Assembly: GCA_043228905.1 (NCBI GenBank)
Contig: JBHGNT010000001.1
Coordinates: 27,652,001 to 27,716,000 of the forward strand
Direction of reading: 5' to 3'
Length of the DNA stretch: 64,000 nt
Origin: Azolla caroliniana
Lineage: Eukaryota > Plantae > Polypodiophyta
The notes below the pieces were generated by a model that had not been told where the DNA came from, searched no databases, and saw nothing but the letters and a program-made list of their open reading frames with translations. Below are positions 55,829 to 64,000 of this stretch, in pieces. Position 1 is the stretch's first letter, and the number at the start of each line of letters is the position of its first letter. Made by a program: the position numbers and the translations under genes.

Positions 55829-57488
55829 TGTCAAGATTCGAACTCTTGACACGACCATGTTATAATATAGTATCATGGGTTAACTAATATATCTAGTACA
55901 CAGTTATGTATGTAATTGGTCCTTATTGTTTTGCTAGCATCATGTGCATAGTTGCTCCCTTATAGTATTTACACTTGGCACATGCATGCATACCTACATG
56001 CTCTATTGTAGATTCACATGCGTGCAACAAGTATGCATGCCATGTAGTATAAATAGAGGAGTTCACCTTGAAGGAATTCAAGGTGAACAACACCAGTTAT
56101 GGAGTCTTTCCGTTAATACTACTCATCCATTTATCTATCTTCTTTCTTGTCTCTTGAGCTTATGATCTATCCGTGACAATTTGTTCATCTTCCCATCCTC
56201 ATAGCTCTCCCTCTCATAAGCCATAGCTATGTCCGATTCAACTAGTGAGTTAGGCCTAATAATGGTAGCCTTACGACAACTCCAGTTTGAAAATGAAGCT
56301 CTTCGAAATTCTTTACAAGAACTTCAAGTCGGTGCCTCCCTATCCTCACAACCCCCGAAGCCTAGTCTCCCACAGCAACCTAGCCTAGAGCCCGATCTTC
56401 TACCAGCATCTAGCCTAGCATCGTCGCATTTTCTTGAGCCTAAGGTTATCCTCCCAGAAAAATTTGATGGAACGAGGTCGCGTTTCCAAGGATTCATCAA
56501 CCAAGTTCAACTTATCATTCGGCTAAACCTCAACGCTATGGAGATGGTCTTCGACAAGTCGGCCTTGTGGGCACCCTTCTCTCCGGTCCGACCCAAGCTT
56601 GGTTTGCACCATTGGTAGAAACCTCTTCACCTCTATTGGAGGACTTTCCCGCCTTCCTCGCCGAGTTAGAGGCCACATTTGGAGAGACGGACTGACGACG
56701 TACAACTCTTAACAAGATTTATGCACTTGAACAAGGTTCGCGTGCAATTTCGGTCTATGCTTCAGAATTTCGACAACTAGCATGCGACGTCAATTGGGAT
56801 GATCAAGCTTTAGTTGATCACTTTCGGCGCGGCCTTCGATGCAATGTCAAGATCTTCTCTTAAACTTTCCGGAGCCCACCTTGTTATCCCAAGCGATTTC
56901 ATAAGCAGTCCATTGTGACAATCGTCTACTCGAATTTCGCCAGGAAGAGCACCGTACTTGGGTTCCACCTCCTTCACTTCCACGACACGCCCCGGTCATA
57001 CAACCCCAACCATACCCCCCACCGACTGCGTCACACTCCCCTACTTTGGCAGATGCTCTTGTCCCCATGGAAATTGATCAAGCCCGATTTCGGCCATTGA
57101 CTGATGCCAAACGACAATTTCAGCGGGCTAATGGTTTGTGCATGTATTGTGGCGCCTCCGGTCATGTCATTCGCCATTTTCCTAGGAGTAATCGCCCACA
57201 ATTCCATCGAGCTAATGGACCCCACCATCCAGAAAACGACATCGTTCGGTCGCAGTAGGAGCCATGCAACTGGACATCTCCCCTTACCCACATTCTCTTG
57301 GTTCCATTGCCGAACCATCAGGCAATTTCACATTGGAGGTATGGCTTTCATTTAACTCTAGTTCCATTCAATCCGTTGCTTTACTTGATTCTAGGGCATC
57401 TTCTTGCTTCATCGACATCGCGTTTGCCCAAGCACATGGCATACCTGTCGTTGGCCTCTCAAAACCCATTCCCGTTGAAGCCATCGAC
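55829..57488 (+). mobile_element. Decayed chromovirus 2 (Tcn1-like): 5' LTR, gag and start of protease
   Basis: LTR at 55829-56178 (TGTCA..TGACA); gag remnants PEKFDGTRSRF, PMEID and CMYCGASGH; protease LLDSRASSCFID interrupted at 57492. Confidence 0.87.
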
Positions 57489-58365
57489 GCGTTGTCGAGA
57501 TATTACGCAAGTGCGTGTGGAATCGAGGCGGGACCGCGGGGGTCTCGAACCAAAGAGCAAGCGTGGGAGGAGAAAGAGAGAGAACCGGCTACGCAGGACC
57601 GGGGATACACAGGGACACGGCCCTTCAGCACGGAGAACGCGAACAGAGACCGACACAGACAGATGCGAATGACTTAATATGTATATTAAGAAAAATGGCT
57701 AACACTACTACAACCCTCGATGGGGCACAGGTTGGTTACAACCGAACAGGCCGGCGAACAGATGCCGATGCCTGCTCGCTTCGACGCACAAAACGGGCAA
57801 AGGGGGGGGGGTAGCAGGTTGGAGGTGCTGCCGGAAGCACTCGGGCGTTCCTCGAAACAGCGCGAGCCTCCTCCGAACCCTGCACAGAAAGCTGTGGAGC
57901 TCAAGAAGGAAGGAAACAGAGAGAGAGCGACGTCCAGAAACGGTCCGACAGCACTTCGTCCTCTCTGCGCGAGATACCTGCAACAGCTCTTTCCCACTCC
58001 TTATATAGGCTGACGAGCAGGCCGTCGCGTCAGCTTTTATTCCCTGTCCCTTTTGGACAGGGATCCGCTCCGTTTTTCACGCTTCCGCGTAGTTACGCCA
58101 CCGGCTTGTACAATTCGCGCGCGCGACCGAAAAGACTGTTCGCGCGGTCTTTGTCTCCACTTGAGTTAGGGCCCGTTCCTGCCGATTATCCTCCTAATTC
58201 GTTTCTATGTACAACTTGGAGCGTGCGCGCGTGAAGAACCGGTTCCCACGCCTTGGTGCGCCGATTCCGCCTATGGACGGTTTTCTTCACGACATCCGCC
58301 CCCACCTAACCGCGCATCCTCCGGTATGCGCCAAGAGAGTTGGAACGGAGAAAACCGGCCCGTCT

Positions 58366-61300
58366 TCATTCCTCGCCCGTCGGTTCTTCCTCGTTTTCGG
58401 ATCGTTCGTCACTGCTGTCTAGGAGAGCCGGGTCCGGCTCGTCGTCATGTCGCTTCTTGAACGCTTTGATCCGCTTCCCTGCAACCGGTATCGCCACTCT
58501 CGTGCCGTCAAGTTCCGCCAGGTGATATGTCCCGTTGTCATTGGCGCTCCGTACCACGTAAGGCCCGAACCACCTTTGTGCGAACTTCCGTGTAGCTCGG
58601 TGCTGGTTGTCGAGGCTGCTGTCGTAGACGAGCACCCAGTCACCTTCGTCGATTTTCTTCGGTCGTAGCCGGTGCGTTCGGTCGAACCGGGCTTTGTTCT
58701 TTGTCCTCGCCACCCGGAGCTTCTCCGTAGCCAGTGCCACGTCCTCCGGTCTCCGCTCGAGCTGTCGTATGCGTGCGGCCAACAACTCCTCCCGGCTCAT
58801 CTCGTCCCTCCAGTCGACCGTTGCCCACGAGGAGATCGTCCGTTCAATCGGCATGATCGGCTTCTGGCCGAACATGAGCTCCGTCGGCATGTACCCGGTT
58901 ACCGAACTGTGCGTGGTCCGGTCTGCCCACAAAGCATAAGGTAGCAGCCGCGGCCAGTCACCGACTCGGCCTCCGCATGCCCGAACCAACGCCTTGACGA
59001 TCGGTCCGTGTCCGCGCTCCACCTTCCCATTCGCCTCCGGATTGTACGCAGTGGTGAGCGAGAGCTGGACTCCCAGCCGGTCGAACAGCTCCGCGGCTTC
59101 TTCGGCGTCCAACTCCCCTCGGTCAGCCACGATCTTCCCGACGCACCCGTACCGGCATATCACGTCCTCGATTAGGAACCGGCATACGGCCGCGGTCGTT
59201 TTGTTTGGAAGGGCCCGGCCTTCCACCTGGTTCGTCAGATCCTCCCGCGCTAGGACCAGGTACCGCATCTGTCCTACCCCCATTGGCATCGTCACCAGAT
59301 CTACCATCCATTTGAAGTGGATGGTCGGAGGGTACGTGGGGTGAAGCTCGTCCCGATGTTGGACTATGGAGTGCATCTGACAGCTCCCGCAAGTTGTCAC
59401 GAACCGATGCACGTCCCGGTACTGCCCCGGCCACCAATACTTCCCCTTTAGTTTCTCAAACGTAGCCCATGTTCCACGGTGTCCAGCCCAAGGGCTGTCG
59501 TGGTAGGCCGTCAGTAGCTCCTCCTGTTCTTCCTTCATTGCCACCACCCGGAGCGGAGCGCCGTCCCTCTTCTTCGGGTGTTTCCACAGATAGCCATCCC
59601 GGAGAAAGAACCGGTACGCTTTCTTCCGGATCCGGTTGGCCTCGTCCTTCGTCCATGACGCATCGGGCGTCATTGTTTTCAAAAACCCACCGATCTGCAG
59701 CCACTCCCCGTCGTACTTGCTCGCGTCGAAGTCGTTAAGCGCCGGAGTGCTTGTTCCGTCGGTTGTTACATACGCAGTCTCGAAGAAGTCCACGCCGACC
59801 TCTTCGTCCTCCGAAACCATGCCGCCCTCGTCATCGAATCTCGCCCTTGAAAGCATGTCGGCCATGGCGTTGTCTTTCCCGGAAATGTGTCGTATTACCG
59901 GGTCCAGGGACTTGATGTATGCTATCCACCTGAGCATTGCCAGGTCCGGCGTCGCGCATCCGGAAACCATGCCGAGAATCGGCATGCAATCCGTCTCTAT
60001 GATTACCTCCGTCCCGATCAGATAGTCTTTGTCGGCCTTCACCGCCGAAACGATACCCCAGAGTTCGCGTTTAACCTGGGCGTATCCTCGCTGCCGTTCA
60101 CTGAGGACTTTCGCGCCGAATCGGATCGGAAACCGATTGCCGTCCTCGTCTTCCTGGTTCACGACCCATCCGATCCCGGTCGGACTGGTATCCACCGTTA
60201 TGAATACCGGGGTACCCTTCCCGTATACCGCCTTCCGGAGTGCCGGTGCCGCTGCAAGGGCCTCTTTCAGCTTCCGGACCGATTCCGCGTGCTCGCCTAG
60301 CCATTCGAACCTTCGCCCCTTTTTCAGCAACCCGTACAGTGGCTCCGCGACGTGTGCGTAATGCGGGATCCATATGTGGTAGAACGCGCATGCCCCCAGG
60401 AATCTCCGTACTTCCGTGACCGAGCTGCAGTCGGGCTTCATCGCGGAGATGGCTTCTACCTTTGCCGGAGACAGTTTCCGGCCATATGGTCCGCACAGGT
60501 GTCCGACCACCATGATTTCTGACTGCCCGAAGGCCGACTTCTCCCCGGAGAGGGTGAGTCTCGCATCCTCTAGCCTTTGCAGCACCTTCTCGCAGTCGTC
60601 AATGTGCGTCGCCACGAATCGCCGGCATCCGTCCGGCCCGATCGTCTCGTCCTTCCCTTCTACCGGGCATCCCTTGATCGGGATGTCGTCTAGAAACGGC
60701 ATGGTGATGTTCGGGATGCAGTCCCTCAGCACCTTGTTCATCGCATTCACCATGTGGGCCACCGAGTTGGTCCCTCCTTGCGGCAGCGTACACATCCGCA
60801 CTAGGCCGAGGGGAGTTCGCATCGTCGTAATGTCTCTGCTCTCCACGGCTAGCTGGAACTGGTCATACCCTGAGTATAGATCACCGACCGAGTAAATCGA
60901 CCTTCCGGCGAAGGCCTCCGCGAACTCGTCTATGGTCGGTCCGATCCCTGCGTTCCGAATGGTCACTCGATTGACCGGCTGCAGGTCCTGGATGAAGCGC
61001 AACGAACCGTTTTTCTTCGGTACGGTAAACCATCGATTCGAATATGGGGCGCTCGACGGCTCGAGAATTCCCATATCAACCTTCTGCCTCAGCAGCTCCA
61101 TCAACTTCGGGATGTGAGCTCTCGGAACCGGGATTGGCTTGAGATTCCATGGCACATGCGGTACCGTGAATATCACCATCGGCTCCACGATCGTCGGGTC
61201 AACGCACCCGATTTCCTCCGGCGAGAATGCGAAGGCTTTCCCGTGCCTTCCGAGCATTCTCCGAAACCGGTCTTCCTCCGCCGGCAGTAGGAACCCGCCC

Positions 61301-61854
61301 CCACCGATTTTGAGCTCTCGGAGCGTCTCGTCGGTGAAGGTGTGCCCTATGCAGGCCGGATCTCGTAGACTAGGGTCCGATGCAACCCCTTTGATTCTCG
61401 ACGCGCTGTCCTCCGGTAAGGGTGCCGCGACTGGCCTTACCTTCCGGTCCACAGTCTTGTACTTGGTGCTTACGTGGGCCGTCCGAACTGACTCGAGCCC
61501 TCGACCGAAGTCCGCGATGACTTCGTACATCTCCTCTGAACATACCGGTATCGTCCGGTCTTCGTCAAGGTTTTCTTCGACTACCTTACCCAGTATTCCC
61601 AAGGTGTCGTCGAAGGAGACTGCCTCCACGGCTCCGTTGATTTCTTCGTCAGGGCCGAGAACTCCGCACGCTCGAAGTCTCCCCTCCGTCTTTGTTTTCT
61701 CTCGGCCGGCGATGCCGACAATCGCACATGCTCCGCTGCCAGAGAAGCAAAATTTCCTACCTATTGTACACGGTTTTATCGTACAGATGTGGGGTTTTTC
61801 CGGAGCATCCGGACTGTCGCGGCCCCACGCCTTGGCAGTCCTCTCTAAAAATCC
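58366..61854 (-). CDS. pol: RT-RNase H-integrase, entered by a predicted -1 frameshift
   Basis: 1087-aa ORF (61629-58366) whose frame stays open upstream to the GGATTTT heptamer at 61848-61854; no chromodomain. Confidence 0.92.
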   Translation of the reverse strand, partial: GFLERTAKAWGRDSPDAPEKPHICTIKPCTIGRKFCFSGSGACAIVGIAGREKTKTEGRLRACGVLGPDEEINGAVEAVSFDDTLGILGKVVEENLDEDRTIPVCSEEMYEVIADFGRGLESVRTAHVSTKYKTVDRKVRPVAAPLPEDSASRIKGVASDPSLRDPACIGHTFTDETLRELKIGGGGFLLPAEEDRFRRMLGRHGKAFAFSPEEIGCVDPTIVEPMVIFTVPHVPWNLKPIPVPRAHIPKLMELLRQKVDMGILEPSSAPYSNRWFTVPKKNGSLRFIQDLQPVNRVTIRNAGIGPTIDEFAEAFAGRSIYSVGDLYSGYDQFQLAVESRDITTMRTPLGLVRMCTLPQGGTNSVAHMVNAMNKVLRDCIPNITMPFLDDIPIKGCPVEGKDETIGPDGCRRFVATHIDDCEKVLQRLEDARLTLSGEKSAFGQSEIMVVGHLCGPYGRKLSPAKVEAISAMKPDCSSVTEVRRFLGACAFYHIWIPHYAHVAEPLYGLLKKGRRFEWLGEHAESVRKLKEALAAAPALRKAVYGKGTPVFITVDTSPTGIGWVVNQEDEDGNRFPIRFGAKVLSERQRGYAQVKRELWGIVSAVKADKDYLIGTEVIIETDCMPILGMVSGCATPDLAMLRWIAYIKSLDPVIRHISGKDNAMADMLSRARFDDEGGMVSEDEEVGVDFFETAYVTTDGTSTPALNDFDASKYDGEWLQIGGFLKTMTPDASWTKDEANRIRKKAYRFFLRDGYLWKHPKKRDGAPLRVVAMKEEQEELLTAYHDSPWAGHRGTWATFEKLKGKYWWPGQYRDVHRFVTTCGSCQMHSIVQHRDELHPTYPPTIHFKWMVDLVTMPMGVGQMRYLVLAREDLTNQVEGRALPNKTTAAVCRFLIEDVICRYGCVGKIVADRGELDAEEAAELFDRLGVQLSLTTAYNPEANGKVERGHGPIVKALVRACGGRVGDWPRLLPYALWADRTTHSSVTGYMPTELMFGQKPIMPIERTISSWATVDWRDEMSREELLAARIRQLERRPEDVALATEKLRVARTKNKARFDRTHRLRPKKIDEGDWVLVYDSSLDNQHRATRKFAQRWFGPYVVRSANDNGTYHLAELDGTRVAIPVAGKRIKAFKKRHDDEPDPALLDSSDERSENEEEPTGEE

Positions 61855-63971
61855 TCTCGGGTTTCGGAACCGAGGGAATCGCGGTTACGTTCGTGGTTCG
61901 GCCGTACCGTCAGAAACTGGACCGAATGGCGCCCGTCTTGGCTTTTGACCCTCGCGTAGGCCGAACCGTTGTCCAGCACCTTGGTCTCCATTCGCGCCGC
62001 CGTGATGTACGGCTCTCCCAGAATGACCGGGTGCGAAGACGTCTCCTGCACGAAGAAGTGCTGGTCAATTTCGACGTCGCCGATCTTGACTCGTACATTC
62101 GGACAGGCCCCGTGCAGTTCCTCGGTGGCGCGCGTTGCTGCCCTTATTTTCCACCCGTGTTTGGTGTTGATCGGCCATTTGCCCTTCTTATAGAAGTCCA
62201 TGGACATCAAATTGATCTCCGATCCGTGGTCCACCAAAGCTATCACCGGTTCCTGGACATCGCCGATCTTCACCGGGGTTTCCGTGGTCGCTCGGGCCCA
62301 GTGCGGTCTCGAATAGTGGCTTTCCGCCCACTCGTCTCCCAGCGCAATGTCGTCTAGGTGCGTCGTCCGCACTTCCACCGGTCTTTCCGGTTCTGTCTCC
62401 GTCGACAGCCTCTTCCGTTTCACCAAGTCCACGATGGAGTCGTGGAACTCCTTCTTGGCGATTCCCAGCACCTCTCGTAACGACAGCTCCACCTTGCTGT
62501 CGAGGATCCGTTCCTCCAGGACCTTTCGTAAGTCCGTGGTTCTTTCTATCTCCGTCCCCAGACGGTACCCGCCCTTCTGGGGTTTATCTTGCGTACCGGC
62601 CCCGCCGGCTTCGTCCCGTCGTGGCCCGGACCGGGTCTCGTATCGTTGTGAGGGCCCGGTCGTCCCGGGTTTCCCCACCCGCTTCTCTTCTACCAGAGCC
62701 TCGTAGTTCCGGCAAGCGGCTTCCACGAAGCCCGTCTTTTCCTCGACCGGGTCGCTCCACCCGGTCATCTCCCGTACCCGTTTCTCCGCACGGTCCGATT
62801 CCTCCCTTTTAAGCCCTGCACCGGCAAGGCCTTCCAGCATCGTCGGCCAGAATCCGGCTTTACTTTCCTTTCGGGCCTCGCCGCCCCCGACTCGAATGCC
62901 GGCCGACGCCGAGTAGTGGACGGTTTCCGCGTGTCGGGCCGCCGCCTCTTCCATCACCCTTTTCATACCGCCTCGCCCGTCGTTTCGGCTCAGGGCCCGT
63001 CGGGTGTCGCTGGCATGCACCCGCCCTTCCCACAAGTACACCACCCTGTCCCTCAGCGCCTCCGCGAAGTCGCCGCAGTCCTTCCGAATGTGGCCGACTT
63101 CATCGCACCACATGCACCTGTTTCCTGCCGCCGGCCGTCGGTCACGAGCCGGTTCGCCTCCTTCCCTTCGGGCCTGCGCGATTTGGAGGTCCTTTATCGC
63201 CTTCGTCAATTCCTCCAGCGCCGCTCCTCCGGTTGAGCCTCTGACTACGCCGGTCGAGGCCGAACCGGTTTCCAACCACTCCCGGGTCTCTTCCTTGCGC
63301 ACCTGTGGCGCTGGTTCGAGCTTCCTTGCTGCGACCGAGCCCGACCCGGTCGCCCCGTTATCCGCCCATTCTCGCCGTTTGTCGAAACGGCCACAGACCT
63401 TCCTGACAGCCGCCCAGTCGGTAGTGAGCCCGTCTTCGGTTTCCAGCAAGAGGCCCACTTGCTCCCGATCCCGCTCGTCGACCGACTTGACAAACAGCAA
63501 GACCCGGCTCGTGTCCAGGATGGTTCGGTCGAGCGCCGAAAGGCGCGCAAAGTTTTCCTCGAACTCCCGGAGGAGCGCCGACGCGTTTCTTCCCTTCCCC
63601 GGGGACTCCACCCATTCCATGAACCTTCGCTTCGAAAGCCGGAGCGCGTCGTCCAGCCCGTATTTCTCTAGGAGCCGACCTTCGAACTCCTCCCAGGTAC
63701 GGCTCTCCGTCCGCACCTCGAGCACCTCCGCATGGATGCTCGGCATCGCCACTCGGGGAAATCCGGCAAGACGCCTTTCTTCCGGAATGTCCCGCATCAA
63801 CATTTCTGCACCGTAGGACGCCAGATACTTCGTGGCATCCCTCCCATCGAACCGGCCGATCGTGCCGACGACCGCCTCAATAGCTCTGTCGAGGGCACCG
63901 GTGCCCTCGCGCGCGTTTACAATCCGATCCACGGCTGAAGCCATGGCCTCCGCAAGATCCGCCCCCTTCAT
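61845..63971 (-). CDS. gag: Gag-protease fusion (708 aa)
   Basis: Uninterrupted ORF with a CCHC knuckle and a protease (LVDHGSEIN..VILGEP), ending REDF-TAG. Confidence 0.93.
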   Translation of the reverse strand: MKGADLAEAMASAVDRIVNAREGTGALDRAIEAVVGTIGRFDGRDATKYLASYGAEMLMRDIPEERRLAGFPRVAMPSIHAEVLEVRTESRTWEEFEGRLLEKYGLDDALRLSKRRFMEWVESPGKGRNASALLREFEENFARLSALDRTILDTSRVLLFVKSVDERDREQVGLLLETEDGLTTDWAAVRKVCGRFDKRREWADNGATGSGSVAARKLEPAPQVRKEETREWLETGSASTGVVRGSTGGAALEELTKAIKDLQIAQARREGGEPARDRRPAAGNRCMWCDEVGHIRKDCGDFAEALRDRVVYLWEGRVHASDTRRALSRNDGRGGMKRVMEEAAARHAETVHYSASAGIRVGGGEARKESKAGFWPTMLEGLAGAGLKREESDRAEKRVREMTGWSDPVEEKTGFVEAACRNYEALVEEKRVGKPGTTGPSQRYETRSGPRRDEAGGAGTQDKPQKGGYRLGTEIERTTDLRKVLEERILDSKVELSLREVLGIAKKEFHDSIVDLVKRKRLSTETEPERPVEVRTTHLDDIALGDEWAESHYSRPHWARATTETPVKIGDVQEPVIALVDHGSEINLMSMDFYKKGKWPINTKHGWKIRAATRATEELHGACPNVRVKIGDVEIDQHFFVQETSSHPVILGEPYITAARMETKVLDNGSAYARVKSQDGRHSVQFLTVRPNHERNRDSLGSETREDF

Positions 63972-64000
63972 TTCCTACTCTTCTGCCGCCTCTTTCACGT

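Larger units (their letters stand above)
57493..64000 (-). mobile_element. Trp-primed gypsy element with intact coding regions; 5' LTR lies beyond the window
   Basis: 3' LTR at 57493-58294 preceded by GCGT; PPT at 58295-58307; start of the PBS complement TTCACGT at 63994-64000. Confidence 0.93.

Noticed and set aside
61139-63816. Long antisense ORFs opposite gag and pol (e.g. 61139-61948, 63004-63816, 52383-53159)
   Set aside because: These are Ser-rich shadow frames of GC-rich coding sequence with no domain motifs and inconsistent boundaries between copies.
1-64000. Host genes or prokaryotic systems
   Set aside because: Every long ORF maps to retrotransposon domains or their shadow frames; no operon, rRNA or exon-like structure was recognised.

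Overview
There are no recognisable host genes in this window. It is a deeply nested cluster of LTR retrotransposons, probably heterochromatic. The families suggest a non-seed land plant such as a moss (inference). Two old, decayed Athila-like Ty3/gypsy elements form the substrate (minus strand, ~1-18130 and ~24280-55828), each with an extra sense-strand ORF after integrase. Inserted into them are: two Tnt1/Tork-like Ty1/copia elements; two Tcn1-type chromoviruses, one fully intact with LTRs that look identical; four gag-pol copies, one gag-only non-autonomous derivative and four solo LTRs of a tRNA-Trp-primed non-chromovirus gypsy group. Notable signals: (i) all nine insertion sites of the Trp-primed group have a CG-centred 4-mer flank, seven confirmed as two-sided TSDs; (ii) a -1 frameshift cassette (G_GAU_UUU, 6-nt spacer, covarying pseudoknot) lies between protease and RT; (iii) both chromoviruses have a Tf1-like self-priming PBS plus a U3/R palindrome; (iv) the youngest element has a 10-unit phased heat-shock-element array next to its TATA box; (v) all four solo LTRs contain tRNA-like Pol III A/B-box cassettes. 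All alignments and folds were done by eye.
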